Part shown: positions 33,532-42,821 of the stretch, piece after piece
How the letters are laid out: every line of letters begins with the position of its first letter
Numbering within the stretch: the first letter of the stretch is position 1
NCBI GenBank assembly: GCA_030167865.1
Contig: JALAGF010000816.1
Location: 1-42,821 of the forward strand
From: Craspedostauros australis
Lineage: Eukaryota
DNA: 42,821 nt
Direction of reading: 5' to 3'
The notes under the pieces: model-generated
The model's input: the letters and a program-made list of their open reading frames with translations, nothing else
What the model was told of the DNA's origin: nothing
Database searches by the model: none
Translations under genes and position numbers: made by a program

Positions 33532-34056
33532 TCAATGACAACACTCACCTTGACGGACACCACATCTATAACAGAAGTAGCAGCTGCATTGGTTGCAGGT
33601 CATGTGATCACACCCCTCGCTTCTTTGGATGGGAACCTTGCAATCTGGGCACTTCGTGGCGTTCACGTCGATCCAATTCACGGAGAGTGCGTTATCCTTG
33701 CGATGCCGCTCGGCGTCGGCCTTGCTCGTATCCACGACGGCCGCATTCTTCCGTGCTTCCAACTTCGCCTTCCATTGGCGCACCAGCGCCTCGCTGCCTT
33801 GTGTGGCAATGCCCGTATCCGCCGGCGTCAACGGGTGGATGCAGACGGGGCATTTGAAGTCGCCCTGGAAGCTGGCATCGTTCAGCTGGTTGCGGGCGTA
33901 GCCCTGGAAGCATCCCATGCACACGCGATGGGAGCAGGTCGCGGTTGTGTGCCAGGCCATGCTCTTGTCCTTGGGATCATCTTGCAGGCAGACGGGGCAG
34001 CGGCATGACCCGTTGCTGGCTGCTTGGAGGCGGGCGGCGTGAATTCGTGTGGACAT
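33532..34056 (-). CDS. RBR-type E3 ubiquitin ligase-like protein (RING1 + RING2/Rcat, 174 aa)
   Basis: RING1 CPVC...CSHRVCMGC...FKCPVC and RING2 KCPDCKVPIQRSEGCDHMTCNQCSCYFCYRC with the catalytic Cys motif. First ATG at 34056. Confidence 0.8.
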   Translation of the reverse strand: MSTRIHAARLQAASNGSCRCPVCLQDDPKDKSMAWHTTATCSHRVCMGCFQGYARNQLNDASFQGDFKCPVCIHPLTPADTGIATQGSEALVRQWKAKLEARKNAAVVDTSKADAERHRKDNALSVNWIDVNATKCPDCKVPIQRSEGCDHMTCNQCSCYFCYRCGVRQGECCH

Positions 34057-35221
34057 GCGTGTGAACTTGGCTGTGAGCTTGCGTGTGAATGCGAGAGTCG
34101 TTCTGGTCTCTGCCTTCGTTCCGCTTCGTTTTATGGAGCGAGATGGATTCCACCTTGGTTCCTTCGTTTGCACTGTATCATGTAATCGTATCGACCGGCG
34201 TTGCGTTGCCGGACTGGCCTGTGTTGCATGTTACTCTACATGCTCCATCCTATGTTGCGTCTGTGTCGTCCACGTTGGTTGAGGACCGTGGAGAAAGTCG
34301 CCTCAGATGAACCCACAGCAAGAATATGCTTATCCGTACTATCCACATGCAACTCCACCATCTTGGTTGACCATCGTATTGCATGTACCGCTCGAAATTT
34401 CTCCAACTGGTTGTTGTGCACATATTCGTACAGCATAGTAGGTACCAAGGCCATGAAGCGTGTTTTATCCACGCTCAAGCTGATGTTTCACGATCGAGGA
34501 TACGCATTCAATGCAGTCATGCCTACAAGGACGAGTATCTTCAGCATACTCGTGCGAAGACCAGCACTCGTGTGCGCCAGCAAAGGCATCAACGGAAGGA
34601 TCTTATGGAATTGTCATAGCCACGCAAGCCGACTCACGAAGGGAAGGATCCCACGAGACTACTTGCAACTGCTCACTCCGACCGACTCACACGTGGACTC
34701 GTTTTGTTACTGAAATGAACATCATCGCAATCCAACAAGAAAAGTGTGCACTCGTTGGAGTCTGCACAGGAGCATGTGATGAAGTAATGTATAATAGTAA
34801 TCAAATGAATTCATTGTATTATAGTTTCTCAAATAACTAGTAACAGCAGCGTCGCTGCATCTCAAAATCAATCCCTGTTCCCCCTTCTGGTTTTGCCTTG
34901 TGTTTGTCTTGCGCGACTTCTTTGGCATCGTTTGGCTAGGCTCACGTCGATTGCGCCATGGCGTCTCGCTTTCAACTTCGTTTGCCTTGCTATGTGACCC
35001 TGCCAATCCGCTCTCTTTTGGTCTCCCTTTGTCTCTCTCTGGATGTCGAGAGAGAGAGAGAGAGAGAGAGAGCGCCAATCGAGATCTGTGACCGTGACAG
35101 TGACTTGTCATGATTCCTTTCCCTTCCCTCACCAAATGACTTGGCCACCGCAGTCTTCACAACCACCCTTGCCATCACACAATACCAACAGCACCATTGC
35201 AGAAACACGAAGTAGCTGCAG

Positions 35222-38200
35222 TTAGACGTTGTCATCGTCGCCACCCAACCTCGTCTCATGTGTTTGCATCGACGCTGTCACCTTCTCCATCATGGCCTTC
35301 ACGATCTCTTCTCCCTTCCTCTCGAATTCGTTGCGATTCTCAAGAGCATAGTTCAAGTACTCGTCGGAGGACACACCGAAGACGCCGCAATCCTTCAGCT
35401 TCTTGGCCAACGGGATGACGTAGTTGTCGAAGAACCACAGCTCGCCGCGGTACCAGCCAATGGATGGGTCCTTGTCGGATCTGCCGGCCTTGTAGGCTTC
35501 GTACATCTCGCGGAACAACCGTTCGTTCCAGCGACAGTACACGTGCCAATGCTGCATGGTGTGCGACACATCGGAGGCCTGAATGACGTGCTCCAGGACG
35601 ATGGTCGCCTTGAGGTTGAGCATCTCATTCTTGTTGGCTGGGCTGGCGCGGTAGCTGTCAACCGAATATCCGTAGGGATCGCTGGCGCAGCTAAATTCCG
35701 TGCTCTCCTCGATCTGCTCAATGTCGTACCGGTCCGCTCCAAACACCTTCTTCCAGCGTTGCTTCCGTCGCCGGGATAGGTCCTTGTCGAAGATGTCAGT
35801 GGCGATGACGCAGTTAACGATGAGCTGGCGGAACCGGCTTCGCTCACCTGGCGTGGAGAAGATGCAAACGCGCAGATTTTCGTAGCATGGGGCCATCAGC
35901 AAGTCCCAGGCGATGTCGACGGAGCGTTGCTCGGCCAGGCTCTTGTTCTGGTACTTTGTGGCGATGCTGGGTTCCTCGGTCGCGAGCTGGTTGTTGGGGA
36001 CACCGGTGTGGCCGGCATCATGGATGAGCGCCGAGAAGACGACAGCGAAGCGAGTCAATGGGTCCGAGCTGATTCCGTATGTGAAGTCGTGCAAGTCGCT
36101 TGGCTTATCGCCAGTGAAATCGTCTGGTCGGGCAATGCGCTTGAGAAGCTTGGTTGCCGACAAGACGACGTGGCTTGCGTGTTCCATGTTGTGGAACGGA
36201 TTAGGTTGGTACGTCTCTGCCAGCTGCGAGATGTAATCGTAGAGCTCGGCACGCACGGCCGGGCTCAGATCGCGGCGGAACTTGCGGATGGATGTCGTGC
36301 TCGTGGCTTCCTGGAATGCTGGAAGCTGGACGACGTCCTTGACTTCGTCGAACACGGTTGAACCAGGCTGGCCGGCCGCCCATGCTGGCATGGAGTTGTT
36401 TATGCCCGTCAGGCTGGAACGTCGGCGTCTGCTGTGACGTGATTTGGAGAGCGGCCTCTGAGAATTCTCGGTGTCATCCTTGACCTCGCTCAATGCATTC
36501 TCCATCTCCTGTCTCTTCGTCTCGGCAGCTGTATAGGACAGCATGTCCCTGTGAGCCTCGACGTCGCGCAGCAGCGCGAGCATGGTCTCCACATTCCATC
36601 GGATGTACCGTTCGTTGGGGTCATCCTTGAGCGACGGTTGTCCCTGTCCATTGATTCCCGACACACCTTCTTCCTGGATGGTACGCCGCCGATCGGATCC
36701 ACCGCTTTGATTGTGCTGCGCTTGATCACCCGTGTACAACCAAAACGTCTCCATCTCGCCCTTCCCCTTGACCACGACAGCATCAGCACGCTTGGCAAGC
36801 CAGTGCGACTTGCCCTGCTTCTCCAGCAACGTCGCGGTATCCTTGGATAGCTGGATGTGCCCCGGTTTGCCGGTTGTTTCCATGCGACTTGCCACGTTCT
36901 GCGCATTCCATCAAGACCGATGGAAAGAAATGTGACGCAATGATACGAATGTAAGTGCAAGTGAAAGTGTGTGAGGAGAAGTGGCATAGTCATGAGAGTC
37001 CAATGGTCATAGTACGCAGACCAATAGCAACGTCATCATCGAGCATTTTGCGGGAGCAGGGAAGAAAGTGAGGTGATTGGGAACGAAACCACACCGAGAG
37101 AGAGACGATAGCTTGCCACAGATAGCATTCAAGCACTGGTAGAGTAGAGTAAAGGAGAGCACCCCGTTTCATTCCCAGCATGCTGCAACGATAGTATTCT
37201 CGCATCATATAAGCACGCACCATGGTGTCACCAAACAACTGAAACCGCGTCTTGTCGCCTCGTAGAACTCCGGCCGTGATGGGCCCAGAGTGAATGCCCA
37301 CACGCATCTGCAGATCGCCGGTGCCTGGCCCCAGGGTCGTCTCCAAGATGCGTACGAGCTCTGCGACTCGCAGTAAGGCATGATGCGCAAATCGTGCCAG
37401 CACGACGGGATGGTCAGGACGTGGATCGGGAAGTCCGGTGGCTGCAACGTAAGAATCGCCGACGGTCTCGACCTTGAAGACGCCGAAGCGTCGCGCGACC
37501 TGATCGATGCCACCGTAGAGGGTCTCGAGCAGGAGGAAGACCTGGGATGGTTCGCGCTCGGAGCTCCATGCTGTGAACCCCGAGATATCGCCGAACATGA
37601 TGCTGCAATTGTGGAAGAGATCCGCGATGGGTTCGCTCTTGTTGGCGATGGTTGAAGAGGCGCCGAGGTTCTGGGTAGATGCGCCCATGAGGTTGCGCTT
37701 GTGCATCGAGGCCAAGCCACCGGGAGCGGAGACTGGTCCGGAAGACCCGGTGGACGTGCGCTGACCATTCTCCTTCATCAAGAATCCCTTGAGCCGCCGC
37801 TTGCTGCTCATCTCCATCTGCTCCTGTTCCTGCATCTTGGCCTCCGCGTTGGCGAGCAACCGATCTCGCACCTGCTGTGGATAGTGCGCGTGAAGGAGAA
37901 GGTTCGCCTCTGTAGCTTCGACGAGGATGCGCTTCTGCCGCTTCTCGAGCAGACAGTCGTACACGACGAAGATGCCGGCAGCAAAGAGGAACATGGCACC
38001 GATGCCGAACTCCAACGCGATGGGTCGGAATGTCAGGTACGACGATCTGAGCGCCTTGGTGGGATGGACCTCAATCCGCGTGGAGCAGGCGGGCGCTGGA
38101 GCGGAAGTCTGGTGTTGGCTTTCATTCCCGTTATCTTTCTCGTTGTGATCGCCGGTGTGTGACGGCGGATAATACGTCTCCACATGCATCTGCAGCAGGT

Positions 38201-40504
38201 CGTTCCATTGCTGGAACGTGGAGTTGACATTGAAGTTGGCATCCCTGACTTCCCCCGACAAATCGCCGAATCCCAGAAACTCGACCTCCGGACCAACGAC
38301 CTCGTAGGTGTAAAACTTGGAGGACGTTGGGTTGTCGCAGGCGCTCTCTACGACCACTATGAGCGGCTCATTGATGTTGTTGGGCAGGGCGTTCTGAATG
38401 AAGGCTTCCAGACCCACCTCCAACAGGAGCACACCCACCACCACAACTTCGTCGCCACTGTCCGCATCATCGCCATTGTCATTGTCATTGCCATTGTCGT
38501 TGTCAGTCCCGTCCAACCCGTACAACTCCGGAAACTTGAGCTCCTTCCTCGTCCTCGTGACGGGATAGTAGATGGGCAGGACGGGCGCAACGTACTGCTC
38601 GTAAATGGAGGCGTTGGTGCTGGCAAAGAGCGTCTGCGGGATGCTGGATTTGGCAGACGTCTGCTGCGGCATGAGCGTCGATGCCGTGAATGGCTGCATG
38701 GCGCGCTGCTGGTTCGGTTCCGACGCCATGTTGTAGAACAAGGATTGCAAGGTGCTGTTGGACACGGGCGCGATCTGAAAGACCGGCGCAAAGTGAGACG
38801 ACACGATGTTTTCTGGAACCAGCGTGCCGGTCGTCGGGTCCACGCGCACGATGCCTTCCTCCAAGCGATCCGCCATGGTCTTTGTGCTGCCGCGGTATGT
38901 GACATGCGCCGTGGCACCTGCCTTCTGCAAGAGAGCGCTCCTGGGTTCGTACGTATCCACAAAGGTGTTGGTGTTGAGGAGGTTGGTCCAGTATTCCCGC
39001 GCGTAGGACTCCCATTCGATTCGAAGTCCCGCATCGGTACTGGGCAGGAAGGGAAGGAAGGAGACCGTCGAGACGGAACCCAAACGTCGCGCGCCTGACG
39101 CCAGACGATCAAAGTTTGAGAATGCCGCAAATGGCCAGGGCTCTCTGTTGGCCTTGAGGGTTGTGTCGTTGTTGTCATGCAGGATGACGAAGTCCCCCAA
39201 GCCCATGACCTGGCATTGCTGGATGAGCTCGTCTGCCACGTTGAGGGTCTGCGAGAGCTGGTCGAGGAAGGCGGTGGCGACAGTATTGCCAAACTCGGAA
39301 AAGTCTGTCTTGAAGGATTTCTCCTCGTGGTCCAGCGCGATGATGTAGGTGATGTTGGCCACGAGGGCGGCGACCGTGAGCAGGGAGGTGATGACGAGAC
39401 AGCGGATGACGGAGATGGTGCGCGTTTGCTCCTTGAGATGGCGGTTGTCGGAGTTCTCGGATTGGGCATCGTTGTGGGTCTTCTTGTGGTGGTTCATGGA
39501 CATGTGTCTCCGCTGGCGTACGCTGTTGTTAATGGAGGAACCGCCGGTGTTCCTGTGCTGTTTGGGGCTGTGATTGGTCATGTCTCCATCGAGGCTGCTT
39601 TTGCGATTGTTGAGGGAGCTGATCTGACGCTGTTCCTGTTTCTGCTGTTTCTGCTGCCTTTTGAGTGGCTGCTGTGAAGGTAGTGGAGGAGGATTGGCGC
39701 TGTAGGAGGTGTTGGCACTTGCTTGATTGGCCATGGTGGTGCCATCAGCAGTTGCGCTGGGTGCATGATTTCTGATTGGTGGCGATGGCGAGGTTGATGG
39801 TGGGTGAGGAACAGTGCGTGGCATGGCCCTTTGCGAGTCGTCTATGATGTCATTGTGCATGTTGTTGTGCACATCATTGCGCATGCTTTGTTCGCGTGCG
39901 TTGGCATTGGCATTGGCATTGGCAATGTTGCGATTGGGGTGGTTGATGGGTCCCTTGGCGATGGAGGAGTTGTGGATGGTGGGATCGTTTTCATCCTGAT
40001 CGTAAGCAGCATCGTCATGGGCATGAGCATGAGCAGCATCAAACTCGTCCAAGTCATAGTCATCCTCATCGGTGGCATACATGAGATCGTTGCGTCTGCG
40101 TCCCTTGGTCTGCGTCTGGCTCTGTATCGATTCGTAATCCGATCCCTCGGTGTCTATCCCGAAGCTGTCTTGATCCGATTCATCGGTGCTGGCATCCAGT
40201 TCGATGGGTGGAAGGGAGAACGATCCGGTGGATGGGGAGGTGGGCGATACGGACATGGCAAACTTGTTGGCAGTGTGATCCGGAGTGTTCGTGAGGTTGG
40301 AGCTGACGTTGGTGTTGGTGTTGGCGTTGGAGGTGAATGGTCCCGATTGGCTGGATGGCATGGCCTCCGTTTCAGCCAGAGAGCTCAGATGAATTCTTGA
40401 GTGCGAGTGCGAGTGCGAAACCGAGTCTGAGTAGGCGAGGGAGTGACCGCTGGAACCGGCAGCTTTCATGAACGAAGGGGATTGTTCAGGGTATGCCTGT
40501 TGCT

Positions 40505-40547
<43 letters not shown>

Positions 40548-40730
40548 ATGGCTGTGAGCTGGATTGTTACGTGAAGAACGACGATGACCACGTGATGTGC
40601 GAAGCGGCTCCATGGGCTTGAGGTGATTGGTCCCGTCCATGTCATCGTCCTCGTCCAGATGCACTCCAGGGGCCTGAGGGTTTGCGGGATGCGCGTTCTG
40701 CTTCGTCTCGGAGTTCATGTCAGGCGCCAT
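35222..40730 (-). CDS. Membrane-anchored class III nucleotide (guanylate-type) cyclase - phosphodiesterase fusion (~1728 aa, 2 exons)
   Basis: Exons 40730-37221 and 36898-35222, with a phase-0 GTGCGT...GCGCAG intron restoring RFQLFGDTMNVASRME. Cyclase motifs MFGDISGFT, KVETVGDSY, MRVGIHSGP. PDE motifs PFHNMEH, IHDAGHTGVPN, ATDI, ASDVSH, FFDNYVIPL. Two TM segments flank a ~430-aa putative sensory domain. Confidence 0.93.
40499..40547 (-). repeat. CAG/CAA trinucleotide tract encoding polyQ (~16 Q) in the cyclase-PDE N-terminus
   Basis: (TGC/TGT)n run on the + strand, translating as HQQQQQQQQQQQQQQQQA. Confidence 0.9.
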
Positions 40731-40967
40731 CCTTCGCTCCAGTCCAGTCCAGTCCAGTTCACCTCAATCCGCGCTGTTCTGTTTGTGCCAAAGCCGTCCT
40801 CCAGATGGTTGTGGCAAGCAATAGTCGTACTGTGCTATAATAGACGTTGAGTGGAGGCGGTCAAGATTGCGAAAGTCCTCTCCGAATATGCCTCCCTGTT
40901 ACCGCGAATTGGTGGATGGATTGGTGCGACGGAGAGAAGGAGGAGACAATGACTCCTGGCCTCTGGT

Positions 40968-41014
<47 letters not shown>

Positions 41015-41015
41015 G
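40968..41015. repeat. (GTT)n/(GGT)n microsatellite upstream of the cyclase-PDE gene
   Basis: About 10 GTT units followed by about 5 GGT units. Confidence 0.85.
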
Positions 41016-42821
41016 TGGGAGGCCGTTGTCTTGTCCACTCGCAGATAGCGTGGGCGTTGGTGGTTCTTGTGGTCTTGGAATGCTCTCGATGAATCTCGGA
41101 CAAATCTTGGGGAGCTTGATGAAGAAAAAAGCCTCGATTGTGGGGGCGTCTTGGATCGTACGACTATCAGTGTTCCGTCGACAAGCGCGCTGCCTCAAAA
41201 TATCACTTTGCTCTCGCGAATGGTTGTTGGCCTTTGTCTTTGCTTGTTTGCATGTGTTTGTGTGTGTTTGTGTGTGTTTGTGTTTCTGGTTGTGGTTGTG
41301 GGATCGTTGCTGATTCTAGTGTGGATGGTTGAGCCAAGGGGTGGTCGAGTGTGTTGGTTGTGTTGGCTGTGTTGATTGTGTTGGTTGGGCTGCCGCTTTC
41401 GTCTTTGCCTTTCTCTCCCTCTCTTTTCTTGGTCTTGTGTTGCGAGCTGCGCTTTCTTCTGTGGCTGTTGTCTTGGCCTTGTCTTCGTCTCTGTCTTGGT
41501 ATGGATTGCTGTGGATTGCAATGGATTGCAATGGGTCGCAGATGCCTTCGATGAGGATGCAGCTCGATTGGGAAGTTCGGAAGCACTTCTTCTTTGAATG
41601 GCGTCCAACACTGCCGTGCTCTACTGTATTGGTGCTGAGCAAATGGGCTGCAATTGGAGCTGCAACCGTAGCTACAGGTGTGATTGAGGGTGGTGAGATG
41701 AATGGACTTTGAAGCCGGGCTGCGTGGCTGGGCCTTCCCTCTGGATGTCGAAGGCCTCCTTGTGACAGCTGTGCACCCTCTCGCGGCCTTTCTTCCCCTT
41801 GCTTGTTTGTTGTTGGTTGGAGTTCGAGTACGTCTGTTCTTGTTGTTCCTGATGCTGTTGTTCTTGTCACTGTTGTTGCTGTCTCTTCTGCTTCTGGAGG
41901 TTTTGGGAGCCTCCTTCTTGGTTGGCGGCTGTGTGTGCCTCCTTTGTCTTTTGTTGCCCTTTGTTGTCTTGGTGCGCGGAGTTTGTGCAATCCATTGCGA
42001 ACGATCACTTTCCATGTACTCTGCAGTACTCGCTGTCAATCAACGCGATGCATGATACATCACATGCTGCTGACAGCTTTTTATCGACCAATCTGATGTG
42101 GCAAGAACAGAAGCGACATGGACTTGCGCCAAAAGTTCCCTCTCGGTCCGAGGCTCTTGGGTTCGCACTTCGGGAAGCCACGAGACGAACAGCGCGCAAA
42201 CATCGGACTCTCGGGACGTTAACGCGTGTCTCTTTGTTGGACTTCGTCAGATTCCGCCATTCGGAGGCCATTTGGTGCATTGGGTTTGTGGTGTCCTCCG
42301 AACACAAGATGGAAGATGGAACGTGACGAAAGCGCGAATCTCCTGGATGACATTAAGACCCGCCTGAGTGAAAATAGTACACCTTTCTCGGGAACGTCGT
42401 TTCTGTGTTAAAAATAACTGCGTATATCTCTTGTCCTACATCAAATACATCATATGGCAAGAACTAGAATTGTTCCGTCCAATCATTTTAAAGTTATGGA
42501 GGGTTGAAAATCATGTCGAATCTACCTATTAGGTGAATAACGCACAGACGCAACAGTGCTCATTGGCGCTTCAATAGAGTCGCAGTGGTCATTCGTCCCA
42601 AAACGTTCTTTTTTCTTCCATCGTTTGGGCTTTGTTCGCGATTCTTGAATTTCCGGAGAGTGACTCTACCTTGTGCTCACACAGAATCGTTGGTGTGGAC
42701 ACAAAACTCTTGTTGTGTGGAGAGTGATGTGATGTACTGTGATGTAATGTGATGCAGGGCGATGTGCCATGGGCCGTCAACCAGGATGGTAGGCACGGTC
42801 CTTGTTCCTCTTACTCCTGTC

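Noticed and set aside
38184-39469. 304-aa (+) and 370-aa (-) ORFs inside the cyclase gene
   Set aside because: They are shadow frames of a GC-rich coding sequence.
41195-42039. 230-278 aa K/R/T/Q-rich minus-strand ORFs
   Set aside because: They arise from GT-rich simple sequence open in several frames, with no domain or clear codon bias.

Overview
Eukaryotic genomic DNA, most likely a pennate diatom. The evidence is an ASAFAP-type bipartite plastid presequence, a CoDi-like Copia element, a cyclase-PDE fusion, HSF expansion, GT-AG introns and many microsatellites. Positions 1-5197 hold a young, apparently intact Ty1/Copia LTR retrotransposon: a single 1653-aa gag-pol ORF, a 255-bp 3' LTR, and a 5' LTR truncated by the window edge. 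Its most striking property is the lack of a tRNA-type primer-binding site. The 16 nt directly after the 5' LTR are instead the exact reverse complement of a segment inside its own LTR. This is the signature of Tf1/sushi-style self-primed reverse transcription, which I know only from Ty3/Gypsy elements. The rest of the window is host gene space: a DUF1499-like gene just behind the LTR, a prefoldin-beta/ASDURF-like micro-ORF, a spliced three-domain HSF, two zinc-knuckle genes flanking a ~141-bp palindrome, an Hv1 proton channel, a multi-pass membrane protein, a plastid bestrophin, an RBR-like E3 lacking its IBR domain, and a ~1728-aa membrane cyclase-phosphodiesterase fusion. All calls come from reading motifs by eye; no database searches were run.
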